From the NCBI GenBank assembly GCA_964613185.1, contig CAZTIP010000001.1, positions 1 to 50,715 on the forward strand: a stretch of 50,715 nt of DNA, given 5' to 3'. The translations under genes were made by a program, and so were the position numbers. The notes below the pieces were generated by a model that ran no database searches, was not told the origin of the DNA, and saw only the letters and a program-made list of their open reading frames with translations. Below are positions 28,462 through 36,761 of this stretch, piece after piece (positions within the stretch are counted from its first letter, which is position 1; each line of letters begins with the position of its first letter). The DNA is from Candidatus Woesearchaeota archaeon (GTDB taxonomy: Archaea > Nanobdellota > Nanobdellia > Pacearchaeales > GW2011-AR1).

Positions 28462-29285
28462 AAGAAATTAATTAAAATTCCAAGAAATTTTGTTCTCAGG
28501 AAAAAATAAGCTAAAAATGCAATTAAAAATGCAGGGGCAAAAGGCAGGCCATCTTTAATTTTAACATTTTTTAAATTCTTCATCAAATCCACTTCTTCAG
28601 AAGATAAACCGTCCCAATCTGCGCGAATCAATTTTCCCTTAACACTAACATCGTTAACTAGCCAGTCTCCTTCACGAAGCTCCTTACCCGAAATAGATTT
28701 TATCATTGAAACTTTTTCAAGCCCTTTAGAGAAAATATAAATCAACGGGAGAAAAAGAAAAATTATTGAAAGCGGAATGAAAAACCATTTAACAAAACCG
28801 ATTATAAAAAACGCAACCCCTACCATAAAAAAATACATAAAAAAAGGATTCCTATATTGTTTTTTCATTTCCAAATTCACTTTTTTGAAATCTTTTGAAT
28901 AAAGAAAAAGTGAATAACCAAGCCCATAAACTGAACCAGAAATCATCAAAAGAAAAATAAATGTAAATATATTAGTAAAAGTTACATAATAACTTGCATC
29001 AAGAAAAAATAATGTCATCGCAAATAATAATTTTGCATCTCCCCCTGCAAAAACCCTCCCATAATAAAATAAATTGGCAAAAATAAACATCACCAATAAA
29101 AAAAATCCGGAATGAAGAACTAATAAAGGTGAATTATCAAAAATTGATTTGAAAATAACAAAAGACAAACTAGCAAAAACTAAAAATAAATTGAGCCAAT
29201 TATCAATTTCTCTTCGTTTCAAATCTTGAAAACTTGCAATCAAAATTCCTATAAGGAAAAGCCAAAAAAGAAATCCAGAAATCAT
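28458..29285 (-). CDS. Prepilin peptidase, family A24
   Basis: Catalytic FQDLKRREI and AGGDAKL, LREGD insert, C-terminal PFAPAF. Confidence 0.92.
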   Translation of the reverse strand: MISGFLFWLFLIGILIASFQDLKRREIDNWLNLFLVFASLSFVIFKSIFDNSPLLVLHSGFFLLVMFIFANLFYYGRVFAGGDAKLLFAMTLFFLDASYYVTFTNIFTFIFLLMISGSVYGLGYSLFLYSKDFKKVNLEMKKQYRNPFFMYFFMVGVAFFIIGFVKWFFIPLSIIFLFLPLIYIFSKGLEKVSMIKSISGKELREGDWLVNDVSVKGKLIRADWDGLSSEEVDLMKNLKNVKIKDGLPFAPAFLIAFLAYFFLRTKFLGILINFF

Positions 29286-29446
29286 CTTTTCTTATTTTTC
29301 TTATTTTTTTCTTTAACTCCTAAATCTTCGGAAGATTCTTTAACTTCAGCAGTACGAAATTTCCCACCACGTTTATATCCTCTGGCAAGTCGCTTTCGCT
29401 TCAAATCTTTCTTCGTTCTTCTTCTATCATTTCCGCCGTAATCCAT
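29282..29446 (-). CDS. Small basic protein (54 aa, not in ORF track) within the pilin operon
   Basis: MDYGGNDRRRTKKDLKRKRLARGYKRGGKFRT...; TAATG overlap upstream and ATGA overlap downstream. Confidence 0.7.
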   Translation of the reverse strand: MDYGGNDRRRTKKDLKRKRLARGYKRGGKFRTAEVKESSEDLGVKEKNKKNKKR

Positions 29447-30018
29447 TAAACTTTCTCCACAACATATTTATTATTTTCAAACTTTATTAAATATTCTCTT
29501 TCAAAATTATATGTAAGGTTAACAGGAAAATTTAGTTTAGCAGGTTTCCCCACAAGGTTAATTTTTTTCCCAACAATCCCTCTTGAAAAATAAAGTTCCC
29601 CATTTTTCACATTAAGCTTTCCTGAAGGATACAAAGTATTTTTAAAAAAATCGCCGCTATTTGCCCTAGCATTATCCTCGGCATCAGCCCCATTAACTGT
29701 CAAATCATTAAAAATAAATTCAGTCATTTCGCCCTCTTGTTTAAAATTATCTAAAAAAATATCTAAAAATTTTTCATTAAATTGTGTATTTGGAAAATTT
29801 CCTCCAGAAACACTCAAAGAATCTTCAATAAGCTGAACTTCACGAATCTCAAACATTTCCAAATCTGTTTGAATAGCAATTACTTCTCTTGGAGAAACTA
29901 AAAAATTAGGCGTTTCTTGCTGTTGAGAAAGATAAATTCCTATAGACATTCCACACAAAAACAATGTTAAAATAATGATATAAAGTCCAAAAAATTGTGC
30001 TCGATTATTTTTCATCAA
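29446..30018 (-). CDS. Pilin-like protein
   Basis: MMKNNRA/QFFGLYIIILTLFLCG class III-like leader. Confidence 0.65.
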   Translation of the reverse strand: MMKNNRAQFFGLYIIILTLFLCGMSIGIYLSQQQETPNFLVSPREVIAIQTDLEMFEIREVQLIEDSLSVSGGNFPNTQFNEKFLDIFLDNFKQEGEMTEFIFNDLTVNGADAEDNARANSGDFFKNTLYPSGKLNVKNGELYFSRGIVGKKINLVGKPAKLNFPVNLTYNFEREYLIKFENNKYVVEKV

Positions 30019-30308
30019 GAACCTCCTGTCCTCGCACGAACAAGACTTTGGTCATAAGGAATTCCGCGAACTAAAAAAAGTCGAAATTTAACTAATTTAA
30101 GATACCTATCACCATAAGAAAAATAACTTGAGGCAGAAATTTCTTTTAAATTCTGTTCTGAAGGTTCATAAACTTGGATACTTCCAGCAGTATTGCTAAC
30201 TTTATTAATTATGGTAGATGCAAGTGCAAATAAGGTCAAAATAATAATTACTGCAATCGTAACAAAAAATAAAACGGCAATACTCCCAATAACCCCTTTC
30301 TTATTCAT
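30015..30308 (-). CDS. Pilin-like protein
   Basis: MNKKG/VIGSIAVLFFVTIAVIII. Confidence 0.7.
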   Translation of the reverse strand: MNKKGVIGSIAVLFFVTIAVIIILTLFALASTIINKVSNTAGSIQVYEPSEQNLKEISASSYFSYGDRYLKLVKFRLFLVRGIPYDQSLVRARTGGS

Positions 30309-30813
30309 GGTTAACAAAAACCTCCAAATCGATTATTCCTTCAAACAAATTATTTGAAGAATTAATAAAAACCGGATAAGTTTCCCTAAAACTTCCAGGT
30401 TCATATTTTTTCAAATTATTGACTGCAGAGGGCTTATTTTTAAAAATTTCCTTAATCCACGACGCCCCCGAATCTCCTTGATAAAAATTATCCAAATTTT
30501 TTGGAGGATTACTTTGATTAATTACTGCATTTACAAAAAATCTTTCCCCATCAAAATTTTCGAAACCACAATAAAATAATAAATTATTTTTACTAGTTGA
30601 AGGGTAATCCTCCAAATATAAAATTCCTGCAGGGGCTAAACAATCAACAACTTCCCTCGCCATAATTTGTGCTTCAACATCCCTAACATCAATATGATGT
30701 TCATAAAAAATTGAGAAAACTCCCAAAACAATAAATGCAATAAAACTAACAATAATAATTCGATAAATCATCATAATACTTTCTCCTGCAGCCCCCTTCT
30801 TTCCAAAAATCAT
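30301..30813 (-). CDS. Pilin-like protein
   Basis: MIFGKKG/AAGESIMMIYRIIIVSFIAFIVLG. Confidence 0.7.
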   Translation of the reverse strand: MIFGKKGAAGESIMMIYRIIIVSFIAFIVLGVFSIFYEHHIDVRDVEAQIMAREVVDCLAPAGILYLEDYPSTSKNNLLFYCGFENFDGERFFVNAVINQSNPPKNLDNFYQGDSGASWIKEIFKNKPSAVNNLKKYEPGSFRETYPVFINSSNNLFEGIIDLEVFVNHE

Positions 30814-31163
30814 TCAACAATCACCACAAATTTATCAATCTCTTCAATAGCCGAAACAGAATATTTAGTAAAATAAGGGTAGCCTTTCAAAGAGGAAAGT
30901 CCAGAAACCGCAATAAAAATTCTTCCTTCTTTGATTTCAACTTTTTGAACAATCCCATAATAATTATCTCTGGAAATAGTAAAATTCATCCCAGGAACTG
31001 CAGAATCAATCAACAATGCCATTTGTTTTTCTAAAACTTGTTGACTGACTCCTCGAGAATTTATTTTACTAGAAACTGCCATAAAAAATATCGCAAAAAT
31101 CAAACCAATTAAAATTATCTGAACAACGACCTGATTTAATATCCCCCCTCGCTTATCTCTCAT
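30810..31163 (-). CDS. Pilin-like protein
   Basis: MRDKRG/GILNQVVVQIILIGLIFAIFF; TATA box at leaderless spacing from the ATG at 31163. Confidence 0.72.
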   Translation of the reverse strand: MRDKRGGILNQVVVQIILIGLIFAIFFMAVSSKINSRGVSQQVLEKQMALLIDSAVPGMNFTISRDNYYGIVQKVEIKEGRIFIAVSGLSSLKGYPYFTKYSVSAIEEIDKFVVIVE

Positions 31164-31192
31164 AAAATAATTCACAAAACAAACTTAATAAA
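31161..31192 (-). repeat. 32-bp promoter duplication, copy 1
   Basis: CATAAAATAATTCACAAAACAAACTTAATAAA identical to 31823-31854; contains minus-strand TTTATTAA and the ATG. Confidence 0.9.
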
Positions 31193-31197
31193 ACTAT

Positions 31198-31308
31198 TTA
31201 TAAAAATTTTCCAATAGCCATTTTAATCGCAAAACCAACAGCAATAAGAATTGCAAGATAAATAATCCATTTTATCGTTTCATCAACAGTCTGGGCTTTT
31301 TTATTCAT
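31198..31308 (-). CDS. Mini-pilin (36 aa, not in ORF track)
   Basis: MNKKA/QTVDETIKWIIYLAILIAVGFAIKMAIGKFL; Glu at +5; starts immediately after the upstream stop. Confidence 0.75.
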   Translation of the reverse strand: MNKKAQTVDETIKWIIYLAILIAVGFAIKMAIGKFL

Positions 31309-31309
31309 T

Positions 31310-31825
31310 TTAAGGGACTCTCATAAAATTATAAAATCCATTTTCAAATTTCATTTTTATTTTTTCATTATATTTCAAACTCCATGCACCTCCATAAGTT
31401 CCATCCAATGAGGCAATATTTGCTAAATTCGCACAATAACTGCACCACGGAATTCCACTTTTCAAAGAACACATACAATAAACATTTTTATAATCAAGCT
31501 CATATTTTCCATAAGGTTCAAATCGTTCACCACTTATATTAAAACGTAAGGGAATTTTATTTCCAGTCCTATTCCCAAAATAAATAAGAAATAGGTCAGC
31601 ACCCTCAGTTTTTTGCCAAATTGAAAATTCTCCTTCACCACCATTATCCACTACAGAAATTTGGTCAACAAACATATCAAAAAACGCTTCAGAATTTCTA
31701 TCGATAATATCTCCCGAAGGAGCAATAAAATTATAGAATAATAAAATTATAGTGATAATTCCTGCAGCCGCAATAAGCAATTCAATAATTTCCTTCGTAA
31801 CCATCTCCCCCCGCCTATCCTCCAT
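31310..31825 (-). CDS. Pilin-like protein with C-terminal Cys cluster
   Basis: MEDRRG/EMVTKEIIELLIAAAGIITIILLF; CMC..CSYC. Confidence 0.72.
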   Translation of the reverse strand: MEDRRGEMVTKEIIELLIAAAGIITIILLFYNFIAPSGDIIDRNSEAFFDMFVDQISVVDNGGEGEFSIWQKTEGADLFLIYFGNRTGNKIPLRFNISGERFEPYGKYELDYKNVYCMCSLKSGIPWCSYCANLANIASLDGTYGGAWSLKYNEKIKMKFENGFYNFMRVP

Positions 31826-31854
31826 AAAATAATTCACAAAACAAACTTAATAAA
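31823..31854 (-). repeat. 32-bp promoter duplication, copy 2
   Basis: Identical to 31161-31192. Confidence 0.9.
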
Positions 31855-31907
31855 TCTAACCAATTATAAAAACAAAACTTTATATATTTGTTAGTCATTC
31901 TAAAGTC

Positions 31908-34463
31908 ATGAAAAGAACTCTTGAAAGTTTAATTTCCAAAACAAAATCTGGCTTAAAAAACGCAACCCTTGGGGCAATAATGTTAACCCCTCTTGTTGGA
32001 AATTTAAATGAAGTTCAAGATGTAGATCCTTTCAAAAACCTAAGAAGACCCTCTCCAAAAGAGGTTCAAAATTTTCAAAGGAGAGGGGAAAACGACCAAC
32101 AAGCAACCTATGATTATTTCGTTCAAGAATCAAACCAATCTTCAAATTTCTCATCAACAAAAAAAGGACTCTATGAAATATTTGAATCTGAAGGAATTAT
32201 TTCAACAGGAAGATATCAAAATGAATCTTCACAGCCAAAGAATTCAATGACGATAACAAACAAATTAGACAATTCCTTTGGAAAAATATCTTTTTCATAT
32301 GATTTAAGACAAGACCTAGAAACCAAAGGACAAAGATTATTTGAGGAAAATTCTTCAAGAACAAATGTTTATTTCGCAGTCCCAAAAGATTCACTCGAAG
32401 GGATTTATCAAGAAGTTTCAGTATTTGACTATTCAGAAAAAAGGCACAAAACACTTTTCGCAACAGACGGGGCAAATCAAAGATTAGAAGAACAACTTGG
32501 AAAATTCAACAGAGGAATTGCAACATTAAAAGGTCAACAACAGCAAGATTTAAACGAAGCAAAAAACGAATATGAAATTGCGCTAGATAATGCAATAGAT
32601 TTAGCGCCTGGAAAAATTGGAATGGGACTTAAAGCAGGAAAGAATCTCCTAAAAAAACTTGGACAAAAAAACGAAGAAAAAAGAATCCAAAATCTTCAGG
32701 AAAAATTCGGAGAAGATTATGAAATAATCCGAATGCCTTCAAACTCAACAAACGGAAGCCTCTCAGAATTATTTTTCACTCACGGAATCACTGGAAGAAA
32801 AACCATTCTAATCTACAATCCGGAAAAAATCAAAGACGGACAGAAAATCCATATTTCCGCACCAAATCTAACTTTCACAAAGATGCAAAACGGACTTGAA
32901 AGAACAACAGAAATTGGAGGATTAGAATATGAAATCGCTTTAGAAACTCAGGGAGACCATGAAGGAATTTATGGTGATTGGGTTTCATTTTATGAAATTA
33001 TCCAAGAGGGGGACATCTATAATAATGGGCATTTTCAAATTTCTCTTAAAAAAAACCCTAAAGGAAATATTGACGTCAGATTTGGAATCCTAGAACAAGA
33101 TTTTGAAGCAAGCACATTTATTGAGGAAAATCATATTGAAGAATACACCTCTCAGCTTGAAAAGACAGGGCATAAATATATTATTCAAAAAAAGGAAGGT
33201 TTACATCCATTTATAAGAGTATTTAAAGAAAGTGAATATTTTTCAAAAAATTGTAAATTTCAAACTAATGTACCTTTATTTTCTTCAAGAGCAATAAACA
33301 GTTTAAAAAATCAGGATTATAGCATACAACAAATTAAAGATATAAAAAAATTTTCAGATAATTGGTGGAATAAAGAAGTATTTCTAAATTCATTTACAAA
33401 TAACTTCAAAACTTCCCGTAATCAAAAAGATCTCAATTTCTTAAAGAAAATAAGTCTCAAAACTCTTGGTCCAAACACCCTATTATACACACATGATTCT
33501 GAAGATGCAGATAATGATAACTTCCTTTTGGTACGTAAAGGTAGTATTGCTAAAAGTGCCTCATTAAAAGAATTTTATGGAGAATGGAGTCCAATTATTC
33601 AAAGAAAGAAAATAGGTATGCAGTTTGCAGAAACTAAATACAAAATAAATTCAAAATCCGTCTTTGAAAATAAAATTAATAAGGTATTCCAATTAGATAA
33701 CTCATTTTTTGGTTTTGGAAATGAAGATGGTATAACCATCATAAACCATAAAGGGGATATTTTATTCGGAGAAAGTTTTAGTAATCAATTTCATCATGAA
33801 ATACAGGAATTTCTTGAAAAATCGTATCCTGAAAATTCGTCTAAAAAAATTAATCAAAATAAAAAGGTTCTTTTTAAAGATAGCCAAGAATATAAACAAA
33901 TAAAATCAGATCTCAAAGAAATCTCTCAAATAATTGAATTTTATAAACTGAAAAATAAGCAAAAACTTCCAAGAAATTCGATAGAATTTCAAAAAATACT
34001 TGAAGATAATTATGGCTTGGAAAAAAAATATTTTGAAGATCCTTGGGGAAGAGAGTATATTTTTGAAAAAAATGGCAATAAATGCTTATTCAAAACATTA
34101 GGTGCTGATGGCTCACCAGGAGGGACTGGAAAAAATGAAGATGTTGTTGTTAGGGAGGATTATCTTAAAAGAAGTTGGGAACTAGAAAGAGATATGGAGG
34201 GTATACACGACGGACTTATAACATATTTTCAAAAAAATGGAAAAATTCCGAAAGATTTGATGGAACTAAAAGGGATCTTAGAAAAAAACAGTTTCGGAAA
34301 ATATGTTTTAGACCCTAATCTAAAAGATCCTTGGGGGAGGAAGTATATTTTTGAAAAAATTGCCGATCCAGAATATTTAATAAATTTAAAAACTCTTGGA
34401 GAGGATGGAATTCCGGGAGGGCTTGGAGAAGATGAAGACATCACTCGAAGTTTTAATTATTAA
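31908..34463 (+). CDS. 851-aa protein with two C-terminal T2SS major pseudopilin GspG-like domains
   Basis: DPWGREY..KTLGADGSPGGTGKNEDV and DPWGRKY..KTLGEDGIPGGLGEDEDI match the GspG C-terminal DPWG..Y..(S)xGxDGxxGGxGxxxDI motif. Confidence 0.75.
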   Translation: MKRTLESLISKTKSGLKNATLGAIMLTPLVGNLNEVQDVDPFKNLRRPSPKEVQNFQRRGENDQQATYDYFVQESNQSSNFSSTKKGLYEIFESEGIISTGRYQNESSQPKNSMTITNKLDNSFGKISFSYDLRQDLETKGQRLFEENSSRTNVYFAVPKDSLEGIYQEVSVFDYSEKRHKTLFATDGANQRLEEQLGKFNRGIATLKGQQQQDLNEAKNEYEIALDNAIDLAPGKIGMGLKAGKNLLKKLGQKNEEKRIQNLQEKFGEDYEIIRMPSNSTNGSLSELFFTHGITGRKTILIYNPEKIKDGQKIHISAPNLTFTKMQNGLERTTEIGGLEYEIALETQGDHEGIYGDWVSFYEIIQEGDIYNNGHFQISLKKNPKGNIDVRFGILEQDFEASTFIEENHIEEYTSQLEKTGHKYIIQKKEGLHPFIRVFKESEYFSKNCKFQTNVPLFSSRAINSLKNQDYSIQQIKDIKKFSDNWWNKEVFLNSFTNNFKTSRNQKDLNFLKKISLKTLGPNTLLYTHDSEDADNDNFLLVRKGSIAKSASLKEFYGEWSPIIQRKKIGMQFAETKYKINSKSVFENKINKVFQLDNSFFGFGNEDGITIINHKGDILFGESFSNQFHHEIQEFLEKSYPENSSKKINQNKKVLFKDSQEYKQIKSDLKEISQIIEFYKLKNKQKLPRNSIEFQKILEDNYGLEKKYFEDPWGREYIFEKNGNKCLFKTLGADGSPGGTGKNEDVVVREDYLKRSWELERDMEGIHDGLITYFQKNGKIPKDLMELKGILEKNSFGKYVLDPNLKDPWGRKYIFEKIADPEYLINLKTLGEDGIPGGLGEDEDITRSFNY

Positions 34464-34511
34464 AAAATATAAACCTATAAAATTGATATAACAATAAACC
34501 AAACCATCCAC

Positions 34512-36104
34512 TCAACAATTCACGTTCATCAATTCATAAATCCCTGTAACCATATAACCATCTAAAAATTCTCCACGAGGCAACATATAATCGTCTGAAT
34601 CCCCTACAGAAACAAAACCTTTACCATTTTCCTGACCTATCCAAAAATTAATCTCTCCACGAAGTGGCCAAGCCAACTTTAGAAAATATTCCCCCTGAAG
34701 ACCTTCTAACGAAATAAGAGGGTAATCATCCGAAGGTATCACAATGTCATTAACAGTATACTCCCTTCCAAGAACATCGATTGTTTCCCAAGAAATTGTA
34801 CTCACTAGCCCCCTTTCCCAAATAATATTTTGAATCCCGACTACATCAGATCTTTTTTTATTTTTTTCGTCAATAAACACTTTTAACTTGTCGATATCGG
34901 TGTCCGAATCCAAATCATTGTCAGAATCATATTTCAAAGACTTTGAAAAACTATTTGAAATTTTATTAGAATTGTTTGGAAAAATGGCCTGAGGAGCCTT
35001 CGGCCCACGATTTCCGAAGTCTTCAGTACCATACAAAAAATAATCTGATTTCCAAGAAAGAATTTCTCTATATTCACTCAAGTTCATAGTTTTATAATGC
35101 AAATCATCATCAGAATCCTTAAATGGCCAAACAAAAGTGAAGTCATCCATTTCTCTCTTGAAAAATTTAAGCATTTCATTAGTTCCTTTTTCAGAAGCTA
35201 ACATTCGAGGATATAAATAATTTCCATCAAATTTCGGATAAAAATAAATATCCCACACGCCATTCCAACCAACTGCAAACATTAATTCATCGTCAGAATC
35301 ACCATATTTTAAAATATCTCCCCCATCTGAAATAACCCCTCTATCAATATTTAAATTTGAATCTATAAATCCAAAAGAATTTTTACCACCATAAGCATAA
35401 CCATAAAATACTTCTAAATCCTCATACATTTTATCAAAACTATCTAAAGCGAGTTCATTTGACAATCCAATAGTTTTATTTCTAAGTTCCCAATAAAATT
35501 GAGAATCCTTAAGATTATTTTTTCCAGTATTAAATCTGTATTCTTTCAGGGAAATGGGAATTAGAAAAAAAGAGGTCATCGTTTTTCTTGAATGTTGCCT
35601 TCCTGGAACAGCTATAGGTCTATTTTGCTTATCTACAAACTTCTTATGCCATGTAGATCGTTGATTGGCATAAACCTCTCCACCCTTATAATCCCAGCTC
35701 CAAGAAAACTTCTCCCCCCCAACACTAGCATTCAGGACACAGCTCTTCTGAGGGCCCCTACAAATATCTAACGATTTAAAATCATTCTCTCCAAACAAAT
35801 CAAGCCGATAACCCTCAGCACTTCGTCCATTTAAGTAAATCATCGCTTCTAAAAATTCATCTCCTCCACGAACAAGAGGATTAGTCAAATCAAGAGTTCG
35901 ACACCCAGGAAGGTCTCCCTTAAAATCATCCTTCAAATTAAGTAAAATTAAAACCTCATCAAATTTTCCACCAATTTTTTCAACAAGAGGATTTATACCC
36001 CCACTCGTAAAACCAAAAATAATCAAAGCAACAACAACGACCAACAACACAAGAGATATCAATTTCCCCATTGACCAATCAATAGAACCTTTCTTAAAAA
36101 CCAT
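34512..36104 (-). CDS. Large pilin-like protein / putative adhesin (530 aa)
   Basis: MVFKKG/SIDWSMGKLISLVLLVVVVALIIFG class III leader with a large soluble domain. Confidence 0.72.
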   Translation of the reverse strand: MVFKKGSIDWSMGKLISLVLLVVVVALIIFGFTSGGINPLVEKIGGKFDEVLILLNLKDDFKGDLPGCRTLDLTNPLVRGGDEFLEAMIYLNGRSAEGYRLDLFGENDFKSLDICRGPQKSCVLNASVGGEKFSWSWDYKGGEVYANQRSTWHKKFVDKQNRPIAVPGRQHSRKTMTSFFLIPISLKEYRFNTGKNNLKDSQFYWELRNKTIGLSNELALDSFDKMYEDLEVFYGYAYGGKNSFGFIDSNLNIDRGVISDGGDILKYGDSDDELMFAVGWNGVWDIYFYPKFDGNYLYPRMLASEKGTNEMLKFFKREMDDFTFVWPFKDSDDDLHYKTMNLSEYREILSWKSDYFLYGTEDFGNRGPKAPQAIFPNNSNKISNSFSKSLKYDSDNDLDSDTDIDKLKVFIDEKNKKRSDVVGIQNIIWERGLVSTISWETIDVLGREYTVNDIVIPSDDYPLISLEGLQGEYFLKLAWPLRGEINFWIGQENGKGFVSVGDSDDYMLPRGEFLDGYMVTGIYELMNVNC

Positions 36105-36245
36105 CTAATTACCAAACCTCAAAAGATTTTTTATCCCTTCAAGAATCGCCCCACCTTTTTCATTAAATAAAAACATAAAAGCAAAAACCAAAACTAACAA
36201 AACAACAACTGCAATTAAAATCTTTCCAATTTCCTCAAGCTCCAT
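36105..36245 (-). CDS. Mini-pilin-like protein without cleavable leader (46 aa, not in ORF track)
   Basis: MELEEIGKILIAVVVLLVLVFAFMFLFNEKGGAILEGIKNLLRFGN; GGTGA RBS 9 nt upstream; stop abuts the next ATG. Confidence 0.7.
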   Translation of the reverse strand: MELEEIGKILIAVVVLLVLVFAFMFLFNEKGGAILEGIKNLLRFGN

Positions 36246-36338
36246 TTTTATTTTTCACCACCATCTCATTATTAAAAAGTGTTAAACATTCAACACACTA
36301 AATAAAATAAAAAAGACATTAATAAAGATTTCTAAAAT

Positions 36339-36704
36339 CTAACAAGTAATTGCTGGGCAAGGAGAGACAGCCATATTTGAATATTCACCCGTACCATTAA
36401 TCCAATCATTACAGGTTCCATTGGAATGCGTAATAATTGCTGAAGGGTCTGAAGAGTCAACATACTTTACGACTCTTTTTTGAATACAGAATCCTGTTTT
36501 ATCTTGAGTTGAACAAGCAAGATCACAAGATTGTTTTACAGTATTTACATTAGCTTCTCCGCCACCTAAATTAGTAATTTTATTCCACATATTATTCCAC
36601 CCTGTAGAAAATCCAAAAATCAAAAAAACTAAAACTGCAATTCCTAAAACAATCAAAATAATTGTTCCAAGAGTCAAGTTCTGTCCCTTTTTATTCATCA
36701 CCAT
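36339..36704 (-). CDS. Pilin (candidate major pilin)
   Basis: MNKKG/QNLTLGTIILIVLGIAVLVFLIFGF; six Cys in a small head; own TATA box. Confidence 0.8.
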   Translation of the reverse strand: MVMNKKGQNLTLGTIILIVLGIAVLVFLIFGFSTGWNNMWNKITNLGGGEANVNTVKQSCDLACSTQDKTGFCIQKRVVKYVDSSDPSAIITHSNGTCNDWINGTGEYSNMAVSPCPAITC

Positions 36705-36761
36705 AAACAAACTATAACTCTTTCCCTTATAAAACTTTCTATAAAAAAATTTAAGGCAAAG

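Noticed and set aside
31164-31837. ORF-track starts giving an identical MNYF N-terminus for two pilin-like genes
   Set aside because: These GTG starts lie inside the duplicated promoter; TATA spacing and leader structure favour the ATGs at 31163 and 31825
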